From the NCBI GenBank assembly GCA_965205955.1, contig OZ242192.1:1477118-1541117 (forward strand): DNA of 64,000 bases. Reading direction: 5' to 3'. The position numbers were made by a program, and so were the translations under genes. This DNA is from Gammaproteobacteria bacterium (lineage in GTDB: Bacteria > Pseudomonadota > Gammaproteobacteria > Eutrophobiales > Eutrophobiaceae). Below the pieces are notes generated by a model, which saw nothing but the letters and a program-made list of their open reading frames with translations, made no database searches and was not told the DNA's origin. Below, piece after piece: positions 15,001 to 22,041 of this stretch. The number at the start of each line of letters is the position of its first letter. Positions within the stretch are counted from its first letter, which is position 1.

Positions 15001-15053
15001 ACAGCTATCATGATATAGACATTGCACCTCTGGTCATCACCGTGGTTGAGTAG
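15..15053 (+). CDS. Giant repeat adhesin-like protein, 5'-partial. More than 5,000 aa lie in the window and the ORF runs off the window start. About 40 alternating Calx-beta-type repeats, a VCBS-like segment, a PKD-like segment, Ig-like domains, and a C-terminal cadherin/Ig-like repeat block.
   Basis: A single uninterrupted frame. The Calx-beta signature recurs every ~100 aa (DYADAG...TATSGTDYE...LTF.PG.TTQ.I.V.V.GD..DE.DETV...LS...NA.I....GTGTI.DDD). A VCBS-like stretch is present (YGSFVLDATSGVWIYTLNN ... ITGANDAP). The composition is T/V/D/G/A-rich. Confidence 0.9.
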   Translation: MMEGTTATFTVTATSAPAADLTVTVTVDDGAGNFIAGVAPTTVTITASATEATLMVATMADSIDEANGTITATVTIGAGYTVDGTNNTASVTVNDDDAEPTLAISSPSVPEGNSGSVMLRYTVTLTGATEREVTVDYADAGTGTATSGTDYETITAGTLTFTPGDATTQDIDVTVTGDAIDEGDGETVIVTLSGAVNAMITTPDGTGTITDDDAEPTLTINSPSVAEGDAGETPTLTYTVTLNGATEQTVTVDYADAGAGGSGTATSGTDYDAITPDTLTFVPGTTTQTITVMVTGDTDEEGDETVIVTLSNPDNATIATADGTGTIRGDDAPVLPTISIAAGPSPVTEADNATFTLTADPAPGTELIVTVTVDDGSGNFIASPAPTMVTITASTTTATLMVSTDDDSVDEAEGMITATVTAGAGYTIALSPDNSATVTVADNDPAPTLAINSPTVLEGDSGSTAMLRYTVTLSGETEQEVTVAYADAAGTATPDTDYETLTAGTLTFTSGGATAQNIDVIVTGDAIDEEDETVVLRLSGAVNAEITTPDGTGTITDDDAAPTLAIDSLSVAEGTTGETPTLTYTVTLTGNTEQEVTVAYADAGATGGGTATSGTDYETIAGGTLTFAPGTTTQTITVTVTGDTEDEGDGETVIVRLSNPNPVGVIITTPDGTGTITDDDDPTLPAISIAAGPSPVTEGDDATFTLTVAPAPMTDLTVTVTVDDGAGDFIASPAPTMVTITASNTTVTLTVMTEDDTTDEAAGMITATVTIGAGYTVSSPSTARVTVQDNDIVITGTPTGAVTEDAPTETATDTLVVEGGFVEQDGTTDRARGLGAYGSFVLDATSGVWIYTLNNDPTTTQGAATNALAEGDVVTEVFTAVSAADPSVEQEVTITITGANDAPTADAGLMQTVTQGITVTLDGSGSSDPDTGDMIDAYAWTQSSTPTVTLDATIEMPTFTAPAVTSPTDLGFSLVVNDGDTDSAPDPVTITVNPASAAPVVSTVEISSTGPYAAGDDIEVTVTFSEMVNVTDTPQIALMVDATTRQATYDSGTGTTALVFLYTVVDGENDADGVSIPANSLAQVAGSTIQDTDGTDDATLTHPAVDADPAQTVDTTAPTVSEVELSSDGPYALDEDIEVTVTFSEAVTVSGAPEITLTVGANERQATFSSGSDTVALVFTYTVAATETDDNGVSIPEDTLAQASGSAIQDTAGNDAVLDHDAVDADPAHAVDTTAPAFDSATVDADVLVLTYSENLDESSAPDNGDYTIGVTPGTAPTVTGVTLSGTDVTLMLSTPVTSDQTVTVSYTVGSTPLQDLAGNDAIELSDATVTNNTPMVLPTISIAAGSSPVTEVDNATFTLTATPAPGTDLTVTVTVTETGTFLGSPVPTTVMITASTTTATLTVPIDDDSIDEAPGMITATVTAGTGYMVDGAGNTASVTVNDNDAAPALAIDSPPMVTEGDDGDTATLSYTVTLSGDTTQEVTVDYADAGLVGGGTATSGADYEPITGGTLTFAPGTTTQTIDVTVRGDAIDEPDEETIIVMLSNPDNATIATDTGTGTITDNDPEPTLAIDSPNMFEGDDGDTATLRYTVTLSGDTEREVTVGYADAGTGTAASGTDYEALTAGTLTFAPGGATTQNIDVTVMGDVDDEGDEETVVVRLSGAVNATITTPDGTGTITDDDDPPALAINAPSVDEGDSGSVTLSYTVTLTGTTAQTVMVDYADAGSGTATSGTDYETITGGTLTFTPGGATTQTIAVTVTGDTIDEEDETVILRLSGAVNAEITTPDGTGTIDDDDDPPMLAISSPTMNEGNSGRAMLRYVVTLTGNTEREVTVDYADTSGGTATSGTDYDPITAGTLTFAPGGAATQNIDLMVVGDTIDEEDETVILRLSGAVNATISTADGTGTITDDDDEPTLAINSLTVPEGDSGSVMLRYTVTLNGATARTVTVQYADAGTTGGGTATSGADYDAITAGTLTFTPGGAATQTIDVMVRGDTIDEEDQTVILRLSGATNATITTPDGTGTITDDDAEPGLAINSPSVGEGDSMPLRYTVRLIGATEKEVTVQYEDSRAGSATSGADYDALTAATLTFAPGTTTQNIDVTVTDDTMNELTETVLITLSNNPVNARITTGTGTGRITDDDVPVISIAAGPAVNEGTAATFTLTANPAPAADLTVMVTVDDGAGDFIDGAAPTMVTITAGNREATLDVRTDDDSTDEVDGMITVTVTAGAGYMVAGGGDSTDSVTVRDDDDPVISIAAGAPVTEGTPATFTVTASSAPMTNLTVTVTVDDGAGNFIASPAPTTVTILASAMMATLTVPTTDDTTDEANGMITATVTDGAGYTVDGANNTDSVAVNDDDDPPTLAINSPSVDEGDTGDMPTLTYTVTLTGETEQEVTVDYADTTSGTAASGTDYTAITASTLTFAPGMTTQPINVTVRGDTIDEPNETVIVMLSNPDNATITAGSGVGTGTITDDDDPVISIVAADPTVIEGASATFTVRATSAPAANLSVMVAVTDGAGTFITGMPPTTVTIPASAMMATLTVPTTDDNTDEAPGMITATVETGTGYRVAPPPGDTARVTVNDNDALPRLAIDSPSVGEGNTGTATLSYTVTLIGATARTVMVDYADAGGGTATSGTDYTAITAGTTLTFAPGTTTQPINVTVTGDTTDEPNETVFVMLSNPVNATITAGRGTGTITDDDDPEISIVAGAAVTEGTAATFTLTASSAPGTNLTVTVTVDDGAGNFIAGSAPTTVTITGGERTAMLMVPTMADSIDEANGMITATVEDGTGYTVAGGGANTASVAVNDNDPPPTLAIDSPSVAEGDDGDAPTLSYTVTLTGDTEQEVTVGYADADSGTATSGTDYEAVTAGTLTFAPGTTTQPIEVTVTGDATDVEDETVILTLSGAVNATITTADGTGTITDDDRVPVISIVPFGPETVIEGTPPTAVRFTLMADPAPMANLTVTVTVDPGTYADGIPPTTVTITGGETMAMLPVPIENDERDEANGMITATVETGTGYTVASPPGNTASVAVEDDDDEPTLAINSPSVTEGNSGTATLRYVVTLTGMTEREVTVRYAEGSGGTATSGTDYNRITGGMLTFASGTTTQNIDVTVRGDTTDEPNETVIVTLSNPDNATIMTADGTGTITDDDDPEISIAAGAAVTEGTAATFTLTATSAPGTNLTVTVTVDDGSGNFIAGVAPTTVTITGTTATLRVPTMGDSIDEANGMITATVETGTGYTVDGTNNSASVAVNDDDAAPTLAIDSPSVAEGDSGTATLSYEVTLTGATEREVMVQYAGTGGTATSGTDYTAITAGTLTFAPSVTTQNINVTVRGDTVEEMNETVFVTLSSPVNATIVGNGRGTGTITDDDGVVALPVISIRAVGSFVNEGVPAIFTLTATPAPMADLTVTVTVDPGTYADGIPPTTVTITGGETTAMLTVLTENDMRQEQPSGIISGPITATVEDGAGYTVGSPNTATLSVIDADSPPSLSIDSPSVAEGNAGMTRLRYTVTLTNESELMVTVDYADETGTAAGDTATSGTDYTPLPSGTLTFAPRTTTQNIDVMVIGDTDVEPDETVIVRLSNPVNARTGSSLDRTGTGTITDDDLPVISIAAGPSPVIEGAPATFRLTANPAPAANLTVTVAVSDGAGDFIGSPPPPPTVVIPSGGSVTLSVPTNDDTADEPNGMITATVGSGTGYTVDGTNNTASVTVNDNDTAVVPVISIAAGTSSVIEGAPATFTLRANVPPPATLTVMVTVTASGDFIGSPLPTTVMITTSGLVTLTVPTMDDSINEPDGIITVTVTAGTGYTVATGGGNTASVTVQDNDVPAISIAAGPPVTEGALVTFTLTANPTPAADLTVTVTVTDSGDFITGAPPATVTITGSATTATLEVPTTDDTTPETLGMITAMVTAGDGYTVGTPAMATVDVRDDDTGIVISIVAGTSPVPEGMAATFTLTADPAPLANLTVTVTVTDSGDFITSAPMPTVVIPPAGSVTLTVPTTDDTTPEPNGVITATVTSGAGYMPAGGGADSASVTVNNDDREAPTEPGVFVSQTELSIEEGSEAIYTVVLDTAPTDDVTITPMVAPASDVLSETFSSGDEVPATVSEALTFTPANWNVPQPVTVTGVDNNRTGALFLQVRVRHMASSSDGDYDSVGIASVRVDVFDDDPLLIISHTERTVAEAGGMAEYTVVMGFRLSVDLPVSLVSDAPTVATVSPPDLTFTPSNWDTPRTVTVTGVNDPFDNPDDRTATISHTHMVDGRDFGSPSLTEDIRNFVSRSVVVTATDDETAGVTISPAPGMPMVSLGDEATYTVVLDTPPTDGVLIILREEFFQDGSAMVVDVSPFDERTLIPLPLRFTPSAWNVPQTVTVFGREVGTASLMYSAGSRDDSYHEIDIAPLVITVADNGPVARVRVSPAMVQVGEDSGTTEYTVVLDNRPPTADVTITPASGDTAIATVSPTELTFTPDNWNIAQPVTVTGVDDPDYNPPFGNRAVAVSHTAASSDVNYNGRSIDPVTVTVVDDEIRPAGVIVTDIIGGLIIVGELDDFDTELGMGRTNTYALVLNRQPTDNVTVTPRSGDTAIARVSGALTFTPDNWNTAQTVTVTGVNDDVDNSGDTRTVTITHTAVSMEDAYDGITIDTVTVTVEDDDTPGAIVSPTELSIEENGDGIYTVVLGTVPTAPVMITPMVAPNSDVLSETFSPGDEVPATVSGVALTFTTTNWNVPQTVTVTGVDNNRTGTLFLRVRVRHMAESLDSDYNGVGIASVRVDVFDDDPLLIISESALTVAENGGMATYTVVMGVRLSVDLPVSLASDTTSVATVSSTGLTFTPDNWDTPQTVTVTGVNDPFDNPDDRTATISHTHMVDGRDFGSSSEEEDIRELVSRSVVVTAIDDETAGVTISPDMHMVSVRSRATYTVVLDTPPTDGVLIILREEFFQDGAAMVVDVSPFDARTLIPLPLRFTPSTWNVPQTVTVFGREAGTASLMYRARSRDDSYHDIDIAPLVITVVE
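12170..15053 (+). repeat. Large intragenic direct duplication. Copy A (~12170-13250) and copy A' (~13985-15053) are about 90% identical at nucleotide level, with a ~1.8 kb period. The gene terminates immediately after copy A'.
   Basis: Long identical nucleotide runs were compared by eye, e.g. ccgacggaactcagtattgaagaa...gtgagagtgcgccatatggcc...gatgacgatcctttgctcatcatctcc in both copies. The protein blocks TELSIEEG...LIISHTERT and ...REEFFQDG...LVITV are repeated. Confidence 0.8.
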
Positions 15054-15369
15054 GCCAGATGATTAAGAGGACCCGGCAAGAAGGGCTACAGTGGACGGCG
15101 ACAGGCTGACGCTGACTTATGATGTTGTAATGCTGATTTCAAGTAGTATCCCGGTTCGCGACGCCTACACGGTGAGGGTGGATTCTGTCCCGGTGACCGT
15201 CAACCAGGTGGAAATCAGAGGCAAGGCCGTGGATATTGACCCTCACCCCGGCCCTCTCCCAGAGGGAGAGGGAGATGGTGCAGCAGAAATCTGGCCGTCC
15301 TGAACTACTTTAAAGAATGGATTCCGCTTGCACAGGAATGGCAGAGATAGTTCAGCCGGCGAAGTCAGA

Positions 15370-15459
15370 TGGCGGAGAGGGTGGGATTTGAACCCACGAA
15401 TCCTGTGAGGGATTGCCGGTTTTCAAGACCGGTGCATTCGACCACTCTGCCACCTCTCC
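15370..15459 (-). tRNA. tRNA-Ser (anticodon TGA), ~90 nt with a long variable arm.
   Basis: The reverse complement reads GGAGAGGTGGCAGAGTGGTCGAATGCACCGGTCTTGAAAACCGGCAATCCCTCACAGGATTCGTGGGTTCAAATCCCACCCTCTCCGCCA. The anticodon loop is CTTGAAA, with a T-loop GGTTCAAATCC and a terminal CCA. Confidence 0.9.
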
Positions 15460-15541
15460 AGATAATTTAATGGATAAAACTTTAAAATTTATTGTCTGAA
15501 TGATATATTATTGTGTATTCGGTCACAAAAGTTTAGGAGGA

Positions 15542-16222
15542 ATGAAACATATGAAGAATGAATTTGTAGTTTCTCGTTCATCGGATTTGCCGGTATTGAC
15601 GACGAACAGGCTTATTCGTAATACGTATATACTGTTGTCTATGACGCTGCTTTTCAGCGCCGCGACCGCCGGTATTTCTATGGCGATGAACATGCCATAT
15701 ATGGGGCCGCTGGTTACGCTGGGGGGATATTTCGGTCTGCTGTTCCTGACTACCCGCCTGCGCAACAGCGCATGGGGGCTGGCGGCGATCTTCGGGTTGA
15801 CGGGTTTTATGGGGTTGACGCTCGGCCCCCTGATCAATGCGTACATCACTATTTATTCAAATGGTTCGCAATTGGTGATGACCGCACTCGGAGGCACCGG
15901 GGCTATTTTCCTGGGACTTTCGGGTTATGCCCTGAGCACGCGCAAGGATTTCAACTTTATGGGCGGCTTCCTTATGACGGGCATACTGGTTGCTTTTCTG
16001 GCGGGCCTGGGCGCCCTGATATTCAATATCCCGGCGCTGGCGCTGGCAGTTTCAGGCATGTTCATCCTGCTGATGTCGGGTCTGATCCTGTATCAGACGA
16101 GTCGGATGGTCCACGGCGGTGAAACGAATTATATAATGGCCACTATCACGCTATATGTGTCCCTGTATAATCTGTTTACCAGCCTGTTGCATCTGCTGGG
16201 CGCATTTTCAGGCAGGGAATAA
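15542..16222 (+). CDS. Bax inhibitor-1/YccA family inner-membrane protein.
   Basis: Seven predicted transmembrane segments and a sequence typical of the BI-1/YccA family (MKNEFVVSRSS...NTYILLSMTLLFSA...). A GGAGG ribosome-binding site lies 2 nt upstream of the ATG at 15542. Confidence 0.75.
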   Translation: MKHMKNEFVVSRSSDLPVLTTNRLIRNTYILLSMTLLFSAATAGISMAMNMPYMGPLVTLGGYFGLLFLTTRLRNSAWGLAAIFGLTGFMGLTLGPLINAYITIYSNGSQLVMTALGGTGAIFLGLSGYALSTRKDFNFMGGFLMTGILVAFLAGLGALIFNIPALALAVSGMFILLMSGLILYQTSRMVHGGETNYIMATITLYVSLYNLFTSLLHLLGAFSGRE

Positions 16223-16241
16223 GTTATCACGACAGTATTGA

Positions 16242-16272
16242 AGCCCGGCGCCTTGCCGGGCTTTTTTATGTA
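16242..16272 (+). terminator. Rho-independent terminator after the BI-1 gene.
   Basis: aagcccggcgccttgccgggctt followed by ttttat. It forms a 9-bp GC-rich stem, a 5-nt loop and a T-run. Confidence 0.7.
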
Positions 16273-16310
16273 AGCGGGCAAACCCGCGTATGGTTTCTTG
16301 AGGAGAAATA

Positions 16311-17843
16311 GTGAAAATAGGGGTACCTAAAGAGAGTTATCCGGGTGAGCGCCGGGTTGCAACGACACCCGAGGTGGTGAAACGGCTGAAAAAGCTGGGA
16401 TATTCGATCGCCGTTGAATCCGGAGCCGGGACGGAGGCCGGTTTTTTGGATGATGCCTATGACAAGGCCGGGGCGGACGTGGTCGGCGACACCGGGGGCT
16501 TGTATGATGCGGCAGATATTGTGTTTAAGGTGCGCGCCCCGGAGGATGAGGAAATCAAGCTGCTGCGCGAAGGGCAAACCCTGATCAGTTTTATCTGGCC
16601 GGCACAGAACGAGCCGCTGATGCAGCGGCTTTGTGAAAGAAATATCAATGCGTTGGCGATGGACAGCATACCCCGTATTTCACGGGCACAGAAGATGGAT
16701 GCGCTCAGCTCGATGGCGAATATCGCCGGCTACCGGGCGATTATCGAGGCATCGCACCATTTCGGACGTTTTCTTACCGGACAGATAACGGCCGCCGGCA
16801 AGATCCCCCCGGCCAAGGTGCTGATCATAGGCGCGGGAGTTGCGGGACTGGCGGCTATCGGCACGGCGAACAGTATGGGCGCGATCGTCCGCGCCTTCGA
16901 TACCCGCCTCGAGGCGAAGGAGCAGGTGGAAAGTATGGGCGCGGAGTTTCTATTGCTGGATTTCGCGGAGGATGGCGCCGGCGTTGGGGGGTACGCGAAG
17001 ACGATGAGCGATGAGTTCATCGCCGCGGAGATGGCGTTGTTCGCCGAGCAGGCAAGGGAAGTGGATATCATCGTTACCACCGCTCTTATTCCGGGAAAGC
17101 CGGCGCCTGAATTGCTGACGGCCGCGATGGTGCAGTTGATGAAGGCCGGCAGCGTGATTGTCGATCTGGCAGCCGAGCAGGGTGGGAACTGCGAGTTGAC
17201 CGTGCCGCATGAGGTGACGAAAAGCGATAACGGCGTGACTATCATCGGCTATAGTGATTTACCCAGCCGGTTGCCGACCCAGGCGAGCCAGTTGTATGGG
17301 AACAATCTGTATCACCTGCTCAGCGACATGACTCCGGAAAAGGATGGGGAAATGGTCATCGATATGGAGGATGAGGCAATACGCGGGGCCACGGTGATCA
17401 ATCAGGGCAAGATCACCTGGCCGCCGCCGGCGCCGAAGATTTCGGCAACGCCGCCGCCGGAACCGGCCAAGGCGCCGGAGCCGGTGGAGCGGAAGCAACC
17501 CGGTTTGCTCAGCCGGATATGGCCGGTCGCTGCAGGGGCGCTGCTCCTGTACGGAGTAGGGTCGTTCGCCCCGCCTTCTTTCATGCCCCATTTTACCGTC
17601 TTCGTTCTGGCCTGTTTCATCGGTTATATGGTGATCTGGAATGTGACGCCTTCGTTGCATACGCCGCTTATGAGCGTTACCAATGCGGTCAGCAGCATTA
17701 TCGTTATCGGCGCGCTGATCCAGATCTCATCTGCCAGCGCCCTGCTGGTGGCAATGGCCGCGTTCGGGGTCCTGATCACCAGCATCAATATCGCCGGCGG
17801 TTTTGCGGTGACGCAGCGGATGCTGCGAATGTTCAGGAAATAG
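16311..17843 (+). CDS. pntA: NAD(P) transhydrogenase subunit alpha.
   Basis: GTG start after an AGGAG ribosome-binding site. The 510 aa include an N-terminal Ala-dehydrogenase-like NAD domain ([21 protein letters not shown]...) and C-terminal transmembrane helices. Confidence 0.9.
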   Translation: MKIGVPKESYPGERRVATTPEVVKRLKKLGYSIAVESGAGTEAGFLDDAYDKAGADVVGDTGGLYDAADIVFKVRAPEDEEIKLLREGQTLISFIWPAQNEPLMQRLCERNINALAMDSIPRISRAQKMDALSSMANIAGYRAIIEASHHFGRFLTGQITAAGKIPPAKVLIIGAGVAGLAAIGTANSMGAIVRAFDTRLEAKEQVESMGAEFLLLDFAEDGAGVGGYAKTMSDEFIAAEMALFAEQAREVDIIVTTALIPGKPAPELLTAAMVQLMKAGSVIVDLAAEQGGNCELTVPHEVTKSDNGVTIIGYSDLPSRLPTQASQLYGNNLYHLLSDMTPEKDGEMVIDMEDEAIRGATVINQGKITWPPPAPKISATPPPEPAKAPEPVERKQPGLLSRIWPVAAGALLLYGVGSFAPPSFMPHFTVFVLACFIGYMVIWNVTPSLHTPLMSVTNAVSSIIVIGALIQISSASALLVAMAAFGVLITSINIAGGFAVTQRMLRMFRK

Positions 17844-17850
17844 GGCGGTC

Positions 17851-19254
17851 ATGTCACCAGGACTGGTCACGGTCTCTTATATCGGCGCCATGGTTTTATT
17901 CATCCTGACGCTGGGTGGATTGAGCCATCAGGAAAGCGCAGGCAAGGGCAATCTGTACGGCATGCTCGGCATGGCCATCGCCGTGCTGGCGACGGTGTTC
18001 GGGCCGGAGGTAGATCGCAAATTTTATCTGATCATCATCGCGATGTTGATCGGCGGCACCATCGGCATCCTGCTGGCGAAAAAAGTCGAGATGACTCAGA
18101 TGCCGGAGCTGGTGGCAATTCTGCACAGCCTGGTGGGACTGGCGGCGGTATTGGTCGGCTACGTGAACTTCATGGATGAAACGGTGGTGTTCCCGACGCA
18201 TGCGGAGAAGGTCATCCATGAAATCGAGATTTATATCGGGGTATTGATCGGCGCGGTCACCTTTTCCGGCTCGGTGATCGCCTTCGGCAAATTGAGCAGC
18301 CGGATCAGCGGCAATCCGCTGCTGCTGCCGGCGCGCCATTGGTTCAATCTGGGGTTGCTGCTGGCCTCTATCTGGCTGGGATATGAGTTTGTCCAGCAGG
18401 CGGAAACGGGCGCGGGAATGCTGCCGCTGATGTTTATGACGGCGATCGCGCTGGCCTTCGGTGTGCATATGGTAATGGCGATCGGTGGGGCGGATATGCC
18501 GGTGGTGGTCTCGATGCTGAACAGTTATTCGGGCTGGGCGGCCTCGGCCACCGGCTTTATGCTGTCGAATGATCTGCTGATTGTGGTCGGCGCGCTGGTG
18601 GGCAGCAGCGGCGCGATCCTGAGCTATATCATGTGCCGGGCGATGAACCGCAATTTCCTGTCGGTGATTGCCGGCGGTTTCGGCACGGATAGCGGCCGTT
18701 CGAGTGCGGGAGCAGACGAGGAGCAGGGCGAGGTGGTGCGGATCGAAACGGATGAAGTCGCCGGCCTGCTGCTGAGTGCGAAAGAGATTATGATCATTCC
18801 GGGCTACGGCATGGCGGTGGCACAGGCACAGCATACGGTGAACGAGATCACGCAGGCGTTGCGGGAAAAGAAGATCAACGTGCGTTTCGGCATTCACCCG
18901 GTTGCCGGCCGGATGCCCGGCCATATGAATGTGCTGCTGGCAGAGGCAAGGGTGCCTTACGATATAGTGTTTGAAATGGATGAAATCAACGAGGATTTTC
19001 CGAATGTGGACGTTTCCATTGTCATCGGGGCGAACGACATCGTCAACCCTTCGGCACAGGAGGACCCGGACAGTCCGATCAGCGGGATGCCGGTGCTGGA
19101 ATGCTGGAAGGGAAATACGACGATCGTGCTGAAACGCAGTATGGCAACCGGCTATGCCGGGGTACAGAATCCGCTGTTCTTCAAGGAAAATACCCGCATG
19201 TATTTCGGCGACGCGAAGGAAAGCCTGGATGCGGTGCTGAAGGAGATCTTATAA
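17851..19254 (+). CDS. pntB: NAD(P) transhydrogenase subunit beta.
   Basis: 467 aa with a multi-transmembrane N-terminus and a C-terminal NADP(H) domain. It lies immediately downstream of pntA. Confidence 0.9.
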   Translation: MSPGLVTVSYIGAMVLFILTLGGLSHQESAGKGNLYGMLGMAIAVLATVFGPEVDRKFYLIIIAMLIGGTIGILLAKKVEMTQMPELVAILHSLVGLAAVLVGYVNFMDETVVFPTHAEKVIHEIEIYIGVLIGAVTFSGSVIAFGKLSSRISGNPLLLPARHWFNLGLLLASIWLGYEFVQQAETGAGMLPLMFMTAIALAFGVHMVMAIGGADMPVVVSMLNSYSGWAASATGFMLSNDLLIVVGALVGSSGAILSYIMCRAMNRNFLSVIAGGFGTDSGRSSAGADEEQGEVVRIETDEVAGLLLSAKEIMIIPGYGMAVAQAQHTVNEITQALREKKINVRFGIHPVAGRMPGHMNVLLAEARVPYDIVFEMDEINEDFPNVDVSIVIGANDIVNPSAQEDPDSPISGMPVLECWKGNTTIVLKRSMATGYAGVQNPLFFKENTRMYFGDAKESLDAVLKEIL

Positions 19255-19260
19255 GCAGGG

Positions 19261-20538
19261 TCATTGCCCGCCAATAAGCGCCTGATTGTTCATATAGGGG
19301 CGCAGCGCCTGCGGGATGACTATATTTCCGTCTTTGTCCTGATAGTTCTCAATGACTGCAATCAGGGTTCTGCCCACGGCCAGGCCGGAGCCGTTGAGCG
19401 TGTGCAGCAATCCGGTTTTTTTGGTCTGCGGATCGCGCCAGCGCGCCTGCATGCGCCTCGCCTGAAAGTCCTCGAAATTGCTGCATGAGGATATTTCCCG
19501 GTATTTATTCGATCCGGGCAGCCAGACTTCAATATCATAGGTTTTGGCGGCGGAAAATCCGAGATCTCCGCCGCACAGCGCCACTACCCTGTAGGGAATA
19601 TTCAGTTTCTGCAGAATGGCCTCCGCATGGCCGGTCAATTGTTCGAGCGCGTTATAGGAGCCGCCGGGCTGCACCAACTGCACCAGCTCGACCTTCTCGA
19701 ACTGGTGCTGGCGTATCATGCCCCGGGTGTCTTTGCCATAGGAACCGGCCTCGCTGCGAAAACAGGGGGAATGACAGACATATTTTGCCGGCAATACACC
19801 GATATTCAGTATTGCGTCGCGGGCTATATTGGTGACCGGGACTTCGGCCGTCGGGATGAGATACAAGTCCCGTTCTTCGATCTGAAAGAGATCCTGCTTG
19901 AATTTGGGCAACTGGCCGGTGCCGTAACAACTGTCGGAATTGACCAGATACGGAACATTGATTTCGCGGTAGCCGTGCTCGCTTATATGGGTATCCAGCA
20001 TGAATTGGATCAGTGCGCGGTGCAGGTGCGCAACGTCTCTATGCAATATGACAAAGCGGGCGCCGGCTATTTTTGCGGCCGTTTCAAAGTCGAGCAGTCC
20101 GAGAGCCTCGCCTAAACTAACGTGGTCTTTGGCTTCAAAATCAAACCCCGCCGGTTCACCCCATTTTCTTATCTCTACACTATCTTCTTCGCTGGTACCT
20201 TCAGGCACGGATTCATGCGGAATGTTTGGTATGCCGGTAACAATCTCGTTGAGTTTTGCCCGAATATCATCAAGCTCCGCCGCGCTTTTATCGAGTTGCT
20301 GCTTAATATCAGCGACCTCATCCATGATAGCCTGCGCATCCTTTCCTTCGGCTTTTAACCGGCCAATCTTTTTTGATTTGGAATTCCGCAGGGCTTGCAG
20401 TTCTTCGGTCTCGATCTGGATTGCCTTGCGTCTTTCTTCTATTTTTTTTATTGCAGTGGTATCAAGCCTCATGTTGCGCCTGGTCAAGGCAGCAGCAACG
20501 GCATCGAGATCATGTCGTAATAACTGGGGGTCTAGCAC
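19261..20538 (-). CDS. serS: Seryl-tRNA synthetase.
   Basis: 425 aa with an N-terminal coiled-coil ([18 protein letters not shown]...) and class II aminoacyl-tRNA synthetase motifs. Confidence 0.95.
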   Translation of the reverse strand: MLDPQLLRHDLDAVAAALTRRNMRLDTTAIKKIEERRKAIQIETEELQALRNSKSKKIGRLKAEGKDAQAIMDEVADIKQQLDKSAAELDDIRAKLNEIVTGIPNIPHESVPEGTSEEDSVEIRKWGEPAGFDFEAKDHVSLGEALGLLDFETAAKIAGARFVILHRDVAHLHRALIQFMLDTHISEHGYREINVPYLVNSDSCYGTGQLPKFKQDLFQIEERDLYLIPTAEVPVTNIARDAILNIGVLPAKYVCHSPCFRSEAGSYGKDTRGMIRQHQFEKVELVQLVQPGGSYNALEQLTGHAEAILQKLNIPYRVVALCGGDLGFSAAKTYDIEVWLPGSNKYREISSCSNFEDFQARRMQARWRDPQTKKTGLLHTLNGSGLAVGRTLIAVIENYQDKDGNIVIPQALRPYMNNQALIGGQ

Positions 20539-21419
20539 TTCTTGTCGCGGGGATGTTTTGTGCTTGTTTCTTTCTCTGTACGTTCGGCTGCCCGTATCGT
20601 ATTGACAAGAAGCATGGTAATGGTCATTGGACCTACCCCGCCGGGAACCGGTGTGATCAGGCTTGCTTTTTCATACACCGAGTCAAAGTCTATATCACCA
20701 ACCAGACGGCCATCGTCAAGGTAATTGATCCCCACGTCGATAACCACAACTCCCTCCTTGACCATATCACCGGTGATCATTTTTGGCTTTCCGGTGGCGA
20801 CAACCAGGATATCGGCCTGGCGCGTGATCTCCGCGAGGTTCTGTGTTTTCGAGGTACAGATACTCACCGTTGCGTTCATGTGTAACAGCAACATGGCCAT
20901 CGGTTTGCCAACGATATTACTCCGGCCTACGACAACGGCATGTTTCCCCTCTACAGAAACTTTCAGGTTTTCAAGCAAAGATTTAACACCATAAGGGGTG
21001 CAGGGGGGAAATATGGTGTTACCGGTAACCAGGGCGCCCACGTTATACAAATGAAAACCATCGACATCCTTATCGACCGAGATCGTTTCCAGTACTTTAT
21101 TCTGATCGATATGGGCGGGTAATGGCAACTGAACCAGGATACCATGGATACGATTATCGTCATTTACTTCTCGTATCTTTTTTAACAGCTCGCCTTCGCT
21201 TATACCGGCATCGAGTCTATATACTTCCGAATATAAGCCTATACCTTCAGATGCCTTGATTTTGTTATTGACATACGTCTGGGACGCCGAATCGTTTCCG
21301 ACAATAATGACGGCAAGTCCGGGACACACATTTTTTCGCTTCAACTCATCAACCCGTGATCTCCATTGATCGCGAACCTGTTTGGCTATTTTTTTTCCGT
21401 CGATGATCTTTTCTTTCAT
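20532..21419 (-). CDS. folD: Bifunctional methylene-THF dehydrogenase/methenyl-THF cyclohydrolase.
   Basis: Start taken at the internal [16 protein letters not shown].... The methylene-THF dehydrogenase/cyclohydrolase family is well conserved. Confidence 0.9.
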   Translation of the reverse strand: MKEKIIDGKKIAKQVRDQWRSRVDELKRKNVCPGLAVIIVGNDSASQTYVNNKIKASEGIGLYSEVYRLDAGISEGELLKKIREVNDDNRIHGILVQLPLPAHIDQNKVLETISVDKDVDGFHLYNVGALVTGNTIFPPCTPYGVKSLLENLKVSVEGKHAVVVGRSNIVGKPMAMLLLHMNATVSICTSKTQNLAEITRQADILVVATGKPKMITGDMVKEGVVVIDVGINYLDDGRLVGDIDFDSVYEKASLITPVPGGVGPMTITMLLVNTIRAAERTEKETSTKHPRDKKC

Positions 21420-21462
21420 TGTTATTATTTCTGTCAACCAGCTGTTATCATTTCGGTTCCGT

Positions 21463-21837
21463 TCATATTTGCCTCCCCAGCGCCATACCCGACCAGCATA
21501 CCAACACACATAAACCGACGCTTACAATCATATTGAGACCCGCCTTGGTGAGGTCACCTGCTTCAATCAGATTCATGGTGTCGATTGAAAAGGTGGAAAA
21601 GGTGGTAAATGCGCCCAATAGACCAACCATCAATACGGCGCGCCATTCGGCACTGATTTCCATCCTCTCCAGCATAAGCACGTACAGCAGACCCATCGCA
21701 AACGAGCCGATCACATTTACCGCCAATGTGCCATAGGGGAAACCACGACCGAGCAATAGATAAATACCATTAGAAACCCAGAAACGCAATAGTGCGCCTA
21801 TGGCGCCGCCAATAGCAATTGAAGCGATCTGAAACAA
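21463..21837 (-). CDS. crcB: Fluoride ion channel CrcB/FluC.
   Basis: 124 aa with 4 transmembrane segments, ...GTLAVNVIGSFAMGLL...GLLGAFTTFSTF.... A TTG or nearby start is likely. Confidence 0.85.
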   Translation of the reverse strand: MFQIASIAIGGAIGALLRFWVSNGIYLLLGRGFPYGTLAVNVIGSFAMGLLYVLMLERMEISAEWRAVLMVGLLGAFTTFSTFSIDTMNLIEAGDLTKAGLNMIVSVGLCVLVCWSGMALGRQI

Positions 21838-22041
21838 AATGTGCTCTCTTTGAGTTACTATCCCGCAGCTTGCTGCGGAGATGATTTATTCGAACTGTGG
21901 TCGCTATTCTATATGAGTGGACCACTTGTGCGCTCTACGCCTATCGGTATAGCAACCGCTGCACATTCATGCAGCGGTTCCCTGATGTTCAGATCCCATG
22001 CCGGACTAAGCCCGATCTCTATAAAAATACCGTGCTGCGCT

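Noticed and set aside
15-15053. Regular ~300-nt periodic repeats, considered as a possible CRISPR array or satellite.
   Set aside because: The repeats are long (300+ nt), in-frame and protein-coding (Calx-beta units) with divergent copies. There are no short direct repeats separated by unique spacers and no cas genes. No CRISPR array is present in this window.
15091-15303. 70-aa ORF downstream of the giant gene, considered as an independent CDS.
   Set aside because: It has no ribosome-binding site and is weak and short. It more plausibly is a decayed adhesin repeat fragment, and is mentioned under the duplication finding instead.
16730-18924. Antisense or alternative-frame ORFs over pntA and pntB (16730..17245, 17259..17660, 17896..18924).
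   Set aside because: They overlap well-conserved pntAB coding frames and have no coding signatures of their own.
21838-22041. Possible fluoride riboswitch upstream of crcB.
   Set aside because: No match by eye to the conserved crcB-motif core sequences on the crcB strand; only a generic short hairpin is present.
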